A stretch of 38,362 nucleotides of DNA from a candidate division NPL-UPA2 bacterium Unc8 (GCA_003574845.1 NDHY01000003.1:64646-103007), one strand, 5' to 3'; shown: positions 1 through 10,126, counted from the first letter of the stretch. The notes: generated by a model from the letters alone, not told the origin. Program-made: numbers and translations.

Positions 1-45
1 CAATTTCCAATTTCTAATTTCATCTCTCTCTACTCTCTACTTATT
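1..45. repeat. Heptamer tandem repeats (CAATTTC/TAATTTC, then TCTACTC-type)
   Basis: CAATTTC CAATTTC TAATTTC ... TCTACTC TCTACTT just downstream of the tRNA 3' end; same units recur at 15053-15130 and 18265-18310. Confidence 0.75.
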
Positions 46-117
46 AGCTGGTGGAGGGAATTGAACCCCCAACCTGCGCATTACAAGTGCGCTGCTCTAC
101 CGTTGAGCCACACCAGC
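46..117 (-). tRNA. tRNA-Thr (anticodon UGU), CCA not encoded
   Basis: Reverse complement GCTGGTGTGGCTCAACGGTAGAGCAGCGCACTTGTAATGCGCAGGTTGGGGGTTCAATTCCCTCCACCAGCT folds as a cloverleaf; anticodon loop CTTGTAA, T-loop GTTCAAT. Confidence 0.95.
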
Positions 118-175
118 CGCTATTATGTAGCTCTTAACACATTTCAGGATTTTAGTCAAATTATAACCGTAATTT

Positions 176-204
176 TTGCGATTGCTGCCTTTCTATGATA
201 AAAT
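176..204 (+). promoter_or_regulatory. Putative sigma70 promoter of the LPS operon
   Basis: TTGCGA-17 nt-TAAAAT with extended -10 TG. Confidence 0.5.
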
Positions 205-254
205 TCACACTTACGTAGATTCTTTTAATCAATTAATGCAAAGACGGTGAATTA

Positions 255-1076
255 GTGAAAGAGATAGCTTCTCATATTTATTCTGTTTATAGTAAAGAAG
301 AGACAGATAAACATTTAAGAAAAGTAGACCTGGTTCTAATAGACATGGATGGCTGTGTTTATCCAAGAACAACCGGACTATCTTTATTCAAAAACTGTTG
401 TCTTCTTTATTTTGACGACAGAAACATTAAGATTATTTTCTACATTATTTCCTTCATTGCTTACTACCCCATAATAATGTTTCTTCACTTGATTCGCTTG
501 GTTAATAATCATAAGCTCATGTGTTTCTTTTCTGGAAGATTTCGCGGTATCCCGCTTTCGTATTTGCAAGCTGCTGCCAGGCCTATTCCTGCCAAATCTT
601 TTCCCGGAGCAAAGAAAGTGTTAAGTATTCTATCCAAACATGCAAAGACAGGATTTATCAGTTTTGGATTAGATATGGTTTTAAATGAATACAAAGTTCA
701 ATTCAGGGATGAGGGACGTCAATTAATTAGCTTTTATGATAGCAATCATTGTATCTGGCGAAAAGACAGCGAAAGAATAGTTAGCAATGGCATAGAGCAA
801 GAGCAACTAATGATAAAAGCATCAGATAAGGCCGATAGAGCAAGAGAAAGAATAAAAGAGTTTAGAGCAAAGGCGCCGCTGGTTATCGGACACAGTCAAG
901 GTGATCTGGAAATGATGAAGGTGGCCAAAGAGTATGGAGGTTTGGCTTTAGGTTTTAACCCTTCCTCAAAGATAGCAAAGCATTGCCATATAGTAGTAAA
1001 AGCAAAGAACTGGCAACCATTGGCAAGCTATCTCTCCTCGGTATTCTCCGATACGATGGATAAAAAATGTATTTAA
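255..1076 (+). CDS. HAD-superfamily hydrolase with a hydrophobic segment
   Basis: Motif I VLIDMDG, motif IV-like IGHSQGD; overlaps msbA start. Confidence 0.65.
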   Translation: MKEIASHIYSVYSKEETDKHLRKVDLVLIDMDGCVYPRTTGLSLFKNCCLLYFDDRNIKIIFYIISFIAYYPIIMFLHLIRLVNNHKLMCFFSGRFRGIPLSYLQAAARPIPAKSFPGAKKVLSILSKHAKTGFISFGLDMVLNEYKVQFRDEGRQLISFYDSNHCIWRKDSERIVSNGIEQEQLMIKASDKADRARERIKEFRAKAPLVIGHSQGDLEMMKVAKEYGGLALGFNPSSKIAKHCHIVVKAKNWQPLASYLSSVFSDTMDKKCI

Positions 1077-2923
1077 GGTTGATAAAATCCCTCAAGCCGT
1101 ACCGGGGAAAGTTTCTCCTGGCAATTACCTGTATGCTCTTTTATTCTATCTTTAGCCTACTCTCCCTGGGCACGATTATTCCCTTACTTGAAAGAGTGTT
1201 GGGCGAGAATGAAACAGCCGCTCATCAGGAGATAGAGCCACTCCCTTCTCATACTGACCAACCTGACTGTGACGTGCTCGACACGGCAGACAGGTCACTT
1301 ATTATACAGGCAAGGCAAGCTGTAGATGAGAAGATGGTTCTTTTTCTTGAACGTTATGATGGATGGCATTTACTGGCAGTTATTGCCATTGCCTTGGTGG
1401 GTTTCGCCTTTCTCGGTGGGCTATGTGCCTTTGGCAGGGATTATTTTATGTTCTATACTGCCGAAGGTGTAGCTATGAATATGCGTTCCATCCTTCATAG
1501 GAGTCTCCAATCTCTTTCCCTTGATTATTTTACCAGTCATCGTACCGGAATGCTTATCTCGCGCTCAACTAATGATGTTAAGCTCGTTGAGAGTTCAATC
1601 AGCATAGCATTGGCTAATCTCCTGCAGCAATCACTCCAGGTAGTAGTTTTTCTCATTGCTATATTTATTTTTATTCCCTGGCAGCTTGCTTTGCTATCTA
1701 TTGTAACTGCTCCATTTATTGCCCTTCCTATAGTCAAAATTGGAAGAAAAATCCGCTATATCAGCGCCAGATCTCAAGAGAAAATGGCTGACATATATTC
1801 TTTTATTGGAGAGACAATTTTCGGAGCGCCGATTATTAGAGCATTTTTAATGGAAAATTACGAAATAAATAAATTTCAGAATGAGAATAAGGAATTTTTT
1901 AATGTTATTATGAAACTGGCAAAGCGCCAAACGGGACTTTCTCCTATGATACGTCTTGTTGCTACTTTGGGAGGAGTGATAATTATTCTTTATGGGGGCT
2001 GGCTTGTTCTGGAGGGAGCCCTCTCCAGCGCTCTCTTTATTTTCTTTCTTTTACTTTTTGCCTCACTGACTGGTCCTTTTGCAAAACTCAGCAATGTTAA
2101 TGCAATGATTCAACAGGGATTAGCCGCTGCCGGACGCATCTTTAAAATTATTGACACCTACCCCACCGTGAAAAATGCACCGGATGCCATCCCGCTTCCC
2201 AGAATAAAAAATAAGATTTGCTTCTCAAAGGTGAGTTTTTCATATAATGACACCGAAGTTGTGCTCAAAGATATTGACATAGAAGTCAAGGCTGGAGAAA
2301 CGGTAGCATTGGTTGGGCCTACCGGGTCGGGAAAGACAACTCTGGTTAATCTCATACCCCGTTTCTACGACCCTACATCCGGCTCAATTGAAATAGATGG
2401 TTACAATATCAAAAAAGTAACTATGGAGTCCCTGCGGGAGCAGATAGGAATAGTCACTCAAGAGACAATCCTTTTCAATGATACAATTTATAATAACATT
2501 ACCTATGGCAGAAAAGATGTTTCTTCCAGGCAGGTGGAGCGAGCCGCGCGTATTGCAAATGCCCATCAATTTATTGCAAAGATGTCCGAGGGTTACCAGA
2601 CATCGGTGGGAGACAGGGGAATAAGGCTCTCTGGAGGAGAAAGACAGAGAATTGCCATTGCCCGGGCAATTCTCAAGGACTCGCCCATCTTAATCCTTGA
2701 TGAAGCGACATCAGCTTTAGACACAGAGTCAGAAAAATTGGTGCAGGATGCTCTTCGGAAGCTGATGGCCAACAGAACAACATTTATCGTTGCTCATCGT
2801 CTTTCCACGCTCAGGGATGCTGATTGTGTAATTGTACTTGATGGTGGAAGAATTGTCGCAACCGACAGACATGAAGAGAGCCAGAAGAGAAGAGCCAACA
2901 GTAAAGAATGGCAGTGCTTATGA
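1067..2923 (+). CDS. msbA: MsbA-like lipid A ABC exporter (permease + ATPase)
   Basis: TM domain, Walker A GPTGSGKT, signature LSGGERQ, Walker B ILILDEATSALD; next to lpxK. Confidence 0.85.
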   Translation: MYLRLIKSLKPYRGKFLLAITCMLFYSIFSLLSLGTIIPLLERVLGENETAAHQEIEPLPSHTDQPDCDVLDTADRSLIIQARQAVDEKMVLFLERYDGWHLLAVIAIALVGFAFLGGLCAFGRDYFMFYTAEGVAMNMRSILHRSLQSLSLDYFTSHRTGMLISRSTNDVKLVESSISIALANLLQQSLQVVVFLIAIFIFIPWQLALLSIVTAPFIALPIVKIGRKIRYISARSQEKMADIYSFIGETIFGAPIIRAFLMENYEINKFQNENKEFFNVIMKLAKRQTGLSPMIRLVATLGGVIIILYGGWLVLEGALSSALFIFFLLLFASLTGPFAKLSNVNAMIQQGLAAAGRIFKIIDTYPTVKNAPDAIPLPRIKNKICFSKVSFSYNDTEVVLKDIDIEVKAGETVALVGPTGSGKTTLVNLIPRFYDPTSGSIEIDGYNIKKVTMESLREQIGIVTQETILFNDTIYNNITYGRKDVSSRQVERAARIANAHQFIAKMSEGYQTSVGDRGIRLSGGERQRIAIARAILKDSPILILDEATSALDTESEKLVQDALRKLMANRTTFIVAHRLSTLRDADCVIVLDGGRIVATDRHEESQKRRANSKEWQCL

Positions 2924-3561
2924 AAAATATTATATTAAAACTTATTTCTTTTCTTGGCTGGCTGATAATTTTTCTAATCGGGAAAACAGTGCGCATTAAA
3001 ATTATTGGGAAAGAAAATCTGAATGCACTGAAGGGGGAAAAAAAGAATGCTATTTATGCTTTCTGGCACAACCGACTTTTTTTACTAACATACATCTTTC
3101 GTTATCGTCACATTCAAGTCTTAATCAGCTCCAGTCGCGACGGAGATTATATAGCTGCAGTAGCGTCCCGGTTCGGAGCAGAAACAATCCGTGGGTCAAC
3201 GACCCGCGGTGGTAAAGGAGCAATCTTGGGCATAACAGAGAAGCTGAAATCCGGTTATGACGGAGTGGTCGTTCCTGATGGGCCACAGGGGCCTAAATAC
3301 ATTGCTCAACCAGGTATAGTGCACATAGCAAAGAGAACAGGACTTCCAATAGTCCCGGTAGCTTATGGCGCTGAGAGGAAAAAGGTGCTTGGCAGCTGGG
3401 ACGCTCTCCTCATCCCCTACCCTTTTAGCCGCGTTGTCCTTATCTATGGCGCGCCTGTTAAAGTTCCAAGAGAGACTGCAGGCAAATCATTGGAAAGCAA
3501 AAGACAGGAATTAGAAAAAACATTGATGGCAATCACGCAACGGGCAGATGATTATTTCTAA
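2920..3561 (+). CDS. DUF374 lysophospholipid acyltransferase family protein (LpxJ-like)
   Basis: AFWH, SxSRDGD, RGSTTRGG, PDGPQGP, SWD motifs; ATGA overlap with msbA stop suggests start at 2920. Confidence 0.8.
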   Translation: MKNIILKLISFLGWLIIFLIGKTVRIKIIGKENLNALKGEKKNAIYAFWHNRLFLLTYIFRYRHIQVLISSSRDGDYIAAVASRFGAETIRGSTTRGGKGAILGITEKLKSGYDGVVVPDGPQGPKYIAQPGIVHIAKRTGLPIVPVAYGAERKKVLGSWDALLIPYPFSRVVLIYGAPVKVPRETAGKSLESKRQELEKTLMAITQRADDYF

Positions 3562-4675
3562 TATAAAAAACGGCTGGTTAAAGCAACTGGAGGGTCTCAG
3601 CAATAAAACAGGGATATCGGGTTACTTCCTGAATATAATTCTCACAGTTCTTTCGCAACTTTATCGCGTTGTAATTTTTTTTATCGCTCTCTTCTATCGC
3701 AGGGATATTTTGCGCCGCAGAAAACTGCCATGTTACGTAATAAGCGTAGGAAATATCACCGCCGGCGGAACTGGAAAGACACCGGCTGTGGCTATGATTG
3801 CGGGGTTGCTTAAGGAAAGGGGGAGAAAAGTAGCAATTTTAAGCCGTGGATATAAGAGAATCCACAGTCGATGGTCCATAGTCCATAGTAAAATAGGAGT
3901 AGTTTCTGATGGGGCAAAGACATTAATGGATGTTAAAGAGTCTGGAGACGAACCCTATCTCCTATCCCGGAAGTTACCTGGAATAGCGGTGCTGGTGGGA
4001 GGGGACCGCAGATTGACAGGTAGCTACGCAATAACCAATTTTAGAACAGATACCATTGTTTTAGATGACGGATTTCAATATTTACGACTCCATCGGGATT
4101 TAGATATTGTCATTATTGATAGCGCTGCTCCATTTGGCAACGGGAGGCTTCTGCCGCGAGGAAGATTGCGTGAGCCTTTGAGGAGCCTCAGACGAGGAAA
4201 AATTTTTCTACTGACAAGAGTTGACCAGGCAGATAACATTGATAACCTGATTAAGAGATTAGGGGAAATTAATCCTCACGCCAAAATCGTGCAGACCATT
4301 CATTTTCCCGAACACCTAATTGATATCAGAACAGGAAGCAGAGAGGAAATTGCTGTCCTCTCAGGAAAAAAAATCCTTGCTTTATCCAGCATTGGCAGCC
4401 CGGAATCTTTTGAGAAAACCCTTATCGGGCTGGGGGCTGTTTTAGTAAAAAAACTCCGTTTTCCTGACCATCACTGGTATGTGGAAAATGAGCTCCGGGA
4501 GATAAAGAAAAAAGCAATAGAGAAAAGGGCTGAGTTTATCGTTACCACTGAAAAAGATGCAGTTCGTATTGCCTTGACGGAGGAAGAGCCTTCAATAGAT
4601 TTCTTCTGCATGGTAATTAAGCTAAAAATTATTAAAGGGGAAAAACTGCTGGAGGAGCAAATTTTGCACCAATGA
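3548..4675 (+). CDS. lpxK: Tetraacyldisaccharide 4'-kinase
   Basis: VISVGNITAGGTGKTP, SRGY, GDEP, LDDGFQ, LLPRGRLRE, FPDHH, TTEKDAV. Confidence 0.95.
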   Translation: MIISNIKNGWLKQLEGLSNKTGISGYFLNIILTVLSQLYRVVIFFIALFYRRDILRRRKLPCYVISVGNITAGGTGKTPAVAMIAGLLKERGRKVAILSRGYKRIHSRWSIVHSKIGVVSDGAKTLMDVKESGDEPYLLSRKLPGIAVLVGGDRRLTGSYAITNFRTDTIVLDDGFQYLRLHRDLDIVIIDSAAPFGNGRLLPRGRLREPLRSLRRGKIFLLTRVDQADNIDNLIKRLGEINPHAKIVQTIHFPEHLIDIRTGSREEIAVLSGKKILALSSIGSPESFEKTLIGLGAVLVKKLRFPDHHWYVENELREIKKKAIEKRAEFIVTTEKDAVRIALTEEEPSIDFFCMVIKLKIIKGEKLLEEQILHQ

Positions 4676-5709
4676 GTAAAATAAAGAAGATTATAGTCAG
4701 AGTGCCTAACTGGATTGGAGATGCTGTGCTCTGTACACCGGCGCTTCATCTACTTCGCAAGAGCTTTCCTTCCGCTTCTATCACTGCATTAGCCAAAGAA
4801 TGGGTAGCGCCGGCGCTTAAAGCTAACCCCGATATTGATAGAATAATCGTAATGACAGAGAAAGAAAGTTACTTTGAATTAGCCGGGAAGATAGCGGTTA
4901 ATAAATTTGAAACAGGAATACTCTTTCCAAATTCCTTTTCTTCGGCTCTTCTTTTCCGATTAGCTCGTATTCCCAAAAGAATAGGCTATTCTACCAACGG
5001 CCGTTCCCTTCTTCTTACTCAGCGGATAAAGCGTCCACTTAATTTCAAAAAAGAGCATCAAGTTTTTTACTATCTTCAACTAATAGAAAAATATCTATCC
5101 ATAACAGGCAATTTTAGGTCTAATCAGGAAATGGTAAAACTGATATGGAATATAACGGAGGAAGAGAAGGTAGGCGCTGATGAGCTACTTCGGGGAGCTA
5201 ATATTTCATCACAAAAGAGATTGATCGGAATAAATCCAGGGGCAGCCCACGGTCCTGCCAAGCGCTGGTTCCCGGAAAGATTTGCTGAAGTGAGCGATGA
5301 GTTAGTGCAAAAATATGATGCGAGAATAGCTATTTTTGGCAGCCCTGATGAAAGGAAAACAGCGATTTCAATTGCAGAGATGATGAAATTCAAGCCGCTT
5401 AATTTTGCCGGAAAAACAAATCTCCGACAATTAGCCGCCATCATCTCCAGATGTCAACTATTCGTTACTAACGATACGGGAAATATGCATATTGCTGCTG
5501 CGGTGGGAACCCCGGTGGTAACAATTTTTGGCCCCACCGATTCCCGGAGAACAGCTCCCCGGGGCAACGGTCATATTATAGTTCAGAAAAAAATTAGGTG
5601 CAGCCCTTGCATGAAAAAAAATTGCCCAAAGAGACATCATAAGTGTATGAAAGCAATAAAAGCACAGGATATCTTAGACGCTGTAGAGAATAGGCGATTT
5701 TTAAAATGA
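4672..5709 (+). CDS. waaF: LPS heptosyltransferase II (GT9)
   Basis: PNWIGDAV, PNSFSSA, PGAAHGPAKRW, NDTGNMHIAAA, FGPT. Confidence 0.9.
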   Translation: MSKIKKIIVRVPNWIGDAVLCTPALHLLRKSFPSASITALAKEWVAPALKANPDIDRIIVMTEKESYFELAGKIAVNKFETGILFPNSFSSALLFRLARIPKRIGYSTNGRSLLLTQRIKRPLNFKKEHQVFYYLQLIEKYLSITGNFRSNQEMVKLIWNITEEEKVGADELLRGANISSQKRLIGINPGAAHGPAKRWFPERFAEVSDELVQKYDARIAIFGSPDERKTAISIAEMMKFKPLNFAGKTNLRQLAAIISRCQLFVTNDTGNMHIAAAVGTPVVTIFGPTDSRRTAPRGNGHIIVQKKIRCSPCMKKNCPKRHHKCMKAIKAQDILDAVENRRFLK

Positions 5710-6494
5710 AAGTGGGAATCATTATTACAACGTATGATAATCCATCTGCTCTGGAGCGGGTCCTAAAAGGATTAAACCTCCAGACAAGGTTGCCTGATGA
5801 GGTCATCATTGCCGATGACGGCTCGGGCAATGAGACAGCAACCCTCATAAGTACCTTTAAAGAGAGGGCATCATTTCCCGCCACTCATCTGTGGCAGGAG
5901 GATAGCGGATTCAGACCAGCAGAGATCCGAAATAAAGCAATTAAATGTTCAAGCAGCGATTATCTCATAATCTTAGATGGCGATTGTATTCCTAACAAGC
6001 ATTTTGTAGCTGACCATATCCTGATGGCTGAGAAAGGTTGTTTTTTTCAGGGAAAAAGAGTATTGGTTGGCAAAAAGGTAGCAGAGAAATTTATGAGCAC
6101 TCACACCGCCTCGCCCCTCTATCTTCTCAGGTTAATATTTTACGGTTCTATATCAAACACCCATCATCTTCTTCGGATGCCCTTTTTCCCATCTTTAAAA
6201 AACAGGAAGGTAGAAGAAGCAAAAAGCTGTAATATGGGTATCTTCAGAGACGACCTTTTGGCTGTTAACGGATTCAATGAGGAGTTTGTAGGATGGGGAA
6301 GGGAGGATTCTGAGCTTACAGTAAGGCTTTATAGATATGGGTTAATACGAAAGATGCATCCATTCATCGCAATATGTTTTCATCTCTGGCACTCGCCCAT
6401 TTCCAGAGAGAACCTCAGCAAAAATGATGCGATTTTACAGATGGCAATAAATTCAAAGGAATACTTTTGCAAAAATGGAATTGTTAAAAAATAA
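5706..6494 (+). CDS. Glycosyltransferase family 2
   Basis: IIADDGS, LDGDC, NGFNEEFVGWGREDSE. Confidence 0.9.
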   Translation: MKVGIIITTYDNPSALERVLKGLNLQTRLPDEVIIADDGSGNETATLISTFKERASFPATHLWQEDSGFRPAEIRNKAIKCSSSDYLIILDGDCIPNKHFVADHILMAEKGCFFQGKRVLVGKKVAEKFMSTHTASPLYLLRLIFYGSISNTHHLLRMPFFPSLKNRKVEEAKSCNMGIFRDDLLAVNGFNEEFVGWGREDSELTVRLYRYGLIRKMHPFIAICFHLWHSPISRENLSKNDAILQMAINSKEYFCKNGIVKK

Positions 6495-7659
6495 AGGCAT
6501 AGCGGTAGAAAAGCTAATTTTCTGGACATTTTGCGCAATGTTCTTTTCTATGCCTATTGGCACTACCCCGATGGTGATTTTCGGCTTATTGACCCTTCTC
6601 TTATGGATATTCTCAGGAAGGTTTCTTAAAAGCAAGCAACAACTGCTTAAAAACAAAAAAATATTTCTTCCGGTGCTGGTGTTCATGGCCATTCCGTGGA
6701 TAGGACTTATTTATACAGAAAACTTCTCTCTCGGGCTTGAATTTGCAAGAAAAAGTTACTACTGGTTATTTGCCTTTGCCATTGCTTCATTATCTTTCTC
6801 CCATTATTCGCCAAAAACCTTTTTCAAGGCATTTCTCGCCGGACTAACAATTACTTCTCTTTTCTCTGTAGGGCAGTTCATAGACCTTATTCCAATGAGA
6901 GAATGGCTTCCGACAGTCTTTGAAGGGCGACGGATAACTATGTCGCTCTTGCTTGTCCTGGGAATGTCAATATCATCATTTTACTTTTTAAAGGAAAATA
7001 GATTAAAGCACAGAATATTGATACTTTTCCTGATACTCTTGCTTCTTTTTACACTATCTATTAGTCAAGGAAGAATCGGTTATCTTGCCTTCATAGCGCT
7101 TTCTCCGTTAATTGCCTATAATCTCCTTGGACAAAAGCATATTTTTAAGGTCGCCGCTATCAGCATTTTGATTGTTAGCGCACTTTTTCTATCCCCTGTC
7201 GTCCGACATCGCTTTGACCAGACAATAAATGATATAAGGCTATACCGTGAAGGAGATCCACGGACAGGCATTGGCCTGCGACTCCATATGTGGGAGGGGG
7301 CGGTAAAGATTTTTACAAAAAATCCTATTATTGGAGTAGGTACTGGCGGGTATCAGTTAGCAATGGAAAAATTTGACGTTCCTGCGCTTCAGGAGGAATT
7401 TAGAGACCCACATAATAGCTTTCTTCACACCGCCGCAAACCACGGAATAGTGGGCTTGATTTCTCTTTGCTGGCTCTTTGCAATAATGCTCAAGGCTGGC
7501 TGGCAGCATCGGCACACGGCAACAGGTTTTTCCGTTTTCTCTTATGGACTTGTGCTACTCATAGGCAGCCTGGCCGCTACACAGATATTAACTCCAAAAA
7601 CAGGGATGTTATTTGCCCTGTTTATAGGACTCTGTGCTAAAATGCCGGAAGAGATTTGA
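6475..7659 (+). CDS. O-antigen ligase family protein (WaaL-like)
   Basis: Multi-TM protein with GRIG, R..W, NPIIGVGTG and PHNSFL motifs. Confidence 0.85.
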   Translation: MELLKNKGIAVEKLIFWTFCAMFFSMPIGTTPMVIFGLLTLLLWIFSGRFLKSKQQLLKNKKIFLPVLVFMAIPWIGLIYTENFSLGLEFARKSYYWLFAFAIASLSFSHYSPKTFFKAFLAGLTITSLFSVGQFIDLIPMREWLPTVFEGRRITMSLLLVLGMSISSFYFLKENRLKHRILILFLILLLLFTLSISQGRIGYLAFIALSPLIAYNLLGQKHIFKVAAISILIVSALFLSPVVRHRFDQTINDIRLYREGDPRTGIGLRLHMWEGAVKIFTKNPIIGVGTGGYQLAMEKFDVPALQEEFRDPHNSFLHTAANHGIVGLISLCWLFAIMLKAGWQHRHTATGFSVFSYGLVLLIGSLAATQILTPKTGMLFALFIGLCAKMPEEI

Positions 7660-7666
7660 TATAGAT

Positions 7667-8554
7667 ATGGGAAAACCCGTTAAATTCGGAGGTTTTGAGG
7701 GAATATTAGAAGAGACAACCTGCCCATTATGTCCACCTGAAGCTATTCCCAGACTGCTCTTTAAGGGGCCTGATAAGATTGGATTCTATCACTGCTCCAA
7801 CTGTAACATTATTTATGTCAGCCCTCGCTTTAGGAAAGAATCGCTTTCAGAGATTTATGAGAACAAAGACTCTATAAACTCATCTTTCTATGAAGAATGG
7901 TCTTACGATACCTGGAAAAGCAATAAAGACCGCTCTTATATCGTCTCTTATCAAAAAGTTATGTTAGTGAAAGAATTTTTGCCGGAAGGAAGTAGAGTTC
8001 TTGATGTGGGATGCGCCACCGGGCTTTTCGTTCTTGAGGCATTAAAGCATGGGCTTCGCTGTGAGGGCATTGACCCAAGTTCTATTCTTACAGAGATTGG
8101 ACAAAAAACGCTAAAGATACCTCTCCATTCAGGAAGTATTGGTGAGTTCAGTCCCCGTTATCAATTTAAAGGAATTATGCTCTGGGATGTCCTTGAGCAT
8201 ATACCTGACCTAATGCACATAATAAAAAAATGCCATGATTTACTTGAGCCGGGAGGTTTCCTTTTTTTACAGGTCCCGAATTACAAAGGTGTCTCTGATT
8301 CTTGTAAGATGTATATGTGTCGATTAGGATTAAAACGCTCTTTTAATTTCGGTTTTCCCTGGCATATATATGCCTTTGACAGAAGAAGCCTCTCATATCT
8401 GATGAAAGCCTCTAAATTCAGTCCAGTGCGTTTTGAATCATGGTCGCATTTTCTAAAAGACAACAATGAAGGTATTCTATCCCGTGCGGCTATGCTCTTC
8501 AAGAGATTTTGTCTGTCTGATTATATAACCTGTATCGCAAAGAAAGCAGCTTAA
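7667..8554 (+). CDS. Class I SAM-dependent methyltransferase with N-terminal Cys (Zn-finger-like) pairs
   Basis: CPLC...CSNC, VLDVGCATG, WDVLEH, QVPN; ATG at 7667 preferred over the upstream GTG. Confidence 0.85.
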   Translation: MGKPVKFGGFEGILEETTCPLCPPEAIPRLLFKGPDKIGFYHCSNCNIIYVSPRFRKESLSEIYENKDSINSSFYEEWSYDTWKSNKDRSYIVSYQKVMLVKEFLPEGSRVLDVGCATGLFVLEALKHGLRCEGIDPSSILTEIGQKTLKIPLHSGSIGEFSPRYQFKGIMLWDVLEHIPDLMHIIKKCHDLLEPGGFLFLQVPNYKGVSDSCKMYMCRLGLKRSFNFGFPWHIYAFDRRSLSYLMKASKFSPVRFESWSHFLKDNNEGILSRAAMLFKRFCLSDYITCIAKKAA

Positions 8555-8555
8555 A

Positions 8556-9326
8556 ATGAAGGTGCAAAAAGCTCCCTTTTCTGTAGCAATTATTACCAAA
8601 AATGAAGAAAAAAGGCTGCCTGATTGCCTCAAAAGTGTCTCTTTTGCCGATGATATTGTAGTTCTTGATTCAGAGAGCACAGACCGAACAGTGGAAATAG
8701 CAAAAGAATTTGGCTGCCGTGTATTTGTTGAAGAATGGAAAGGTGATGGCCCTCAGAAAAATAGTGCAGTTGCTAAATGCAGGTATGAATGGGTGTTTGT
8801 TATTGATGCCGATGAAAGGATACCGAAGGAGACAAAAAATGAAATTATAAAAATAGTTAACTATTCCCATAGCGCTGACGCCTATAGCTTCCCCAGAAAA
8901 AATTTATTTCACGGCAAGTGGATAAAGCACTCTGATTGGTGGCCAGATTATAAAGTAAGGCTATTTAAGAAAAATGCGGGACAGTTTCACTTTCTGACAC
9001 ATGAGGCGTGGTTGACAAAAGGCACTGTGAAGAAAGTAACTACTCCAATAGAACACTTTAGCTTTTCTAACTATTCCGATATGTTTAATGTCTTGAACGA
9101 AAGAACGACAATTATGGCTAAGGAACTCTTTGATGCTGGTAAAAAAGCAACTTCATTTACTCCTTTTCTTCATGGAGCCGGTATGTTTTTAAGAGCATAT
9201 ATTCTAAAGCTCGGTTTTCTCAACGGACTTGATGGTTTTATGATAGCAGCAACCGGAGCAGGTGGTTCATTTTTAAAATATGCAAAACTGCTTGAGTTGC
9301 AATGGAGGAGAGAGAGTACACAATGA
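8556..9326 (+). CDS. Glycosyltransferase family 2 (LPS core, WaaE/KdtX-like)
   Basis: IITKNEE, DSESTDRT, IDADE, WPDY..RL, HE, GFLNG. Confidence 0.9.
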   Translation: MKVQKAPFSVAIITKNEEKRLPDCLKSVSFADDIVVLDSESTDRTVEIAKEFGCRVFVEEWKGDGPQKNSAVAKCRYEWVFVIDADERIPKETKNEIIKIVNYSHSADAYSFPRKNLFHGKWIKHSDWWPDYKVRLFKKNAGQFHFLTHEAWLTKGTVKKVTTPIEHFSFSNYSDMFNVLNERTTIMAKELFDAGKKATSFTPFLHGAGMFLRAYILKLGFLNGLDGFMIAATGAGGSFLKYAKLLELQWRRESTQ

Positions 9327-10126
9327 CAGTTCTCCCTGAGAATGTTAATAATCTTATAAAAAAGATTGCTGAGGACTCAAAAGACATAGATGGTAATCTC
9401 ACCGGGAGAGAAGCAAGATTCCTCGCTCTCCTCGCCTTTTTCCCGACAGCTGACGGAGAAATATTAGAGATAGGAAGCTTTAAAGGTAAATCAACTATTG
9501 TACTGGCTAAAGGAGCCCAGCTCTCAAACAAACCTTGCATTATATCAGTTGACCCTCTGACTTCTCCATCACCAACAGACCCCGACTTGAAAAATGAAGG
9601 GACGTGCGGACAGCACTTCCATGCAAATTTAAGAGAAGCAGGTGTTGAAAATATGGTTGAATTTCACCAGAAGTATTCTTATGAACTTGCCAAAGGATGG
9701 AGCAGAAAAATCAGGCTTCTCTGGATAGATGGAGACCACCGATATAAAGGAACAAAATTAGACTTTGATTTATTTTCCAGGCATCTTTCTGACAGAGCCA
9801 TAATTGCATTTCACGATGTCCTTGCCCCCTTTTCCGGTCCCGTCAGGGTTTTTGTTGAAGATGTTCTTCTTTCGGATAAATTTGGCCCGGCCGGTCTTTG
9901 GGGAAGTATAGGGTGGGCACAATATATTGCTGATGGGAAAATCGCTTTAGGATTCAGACAAAAAAAATCAAAGTTACATTTACAACTGGCAAAGCTAATC
10001 CCTTTTTCAATTTTTGACGCGGGCAATAAAATGAGAGGGATAAAAAAATTGCAATATGAATTTTACCGTTCCAGAGTTCCTCACAAGGAAATTTCTCCCT
10101 CGGAATGGATAGGAGAACTTAAATGA
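9323..10126 (+). CDS. Class I SAM-dependent methyltransferase (Methyltransf_24-like)
   Basis: ILEIGSFKGKST, LWIDGDH, FHD; ATGA overlap with upstream stop. Confidence 0.85.
   Translation: MTVLPENVNNLIKKIAEDSKDIDGNLTGREARFLALLAFFPTADGEILEIGSFKGKSTIVLAKGAQLSNKPCIISVDPLTSPSPTDPDLKNEGTCGQHFHANLREAGVENMVEFHQKYSYELAKGWSRKIRLLWIDGDHRYKGTKLDFDLFSRHLSDRAIIAFHDVLAPFSGPVRVFVEDVLLSDKFGPAGLWGSIGWAQYIADGKIALGFRQKKSKLHLQLAKLIPFSIFDAGNKMRGIKKLQYEFYRSRVPHKEISPSEWIGELK

Noticed and set aside
46-117. tRNA as an integration site of a prophage or island
   Set aside because: No integrase or duplicated tRNA 3' end seen; the tRNA 3' side lies mostly outside the window
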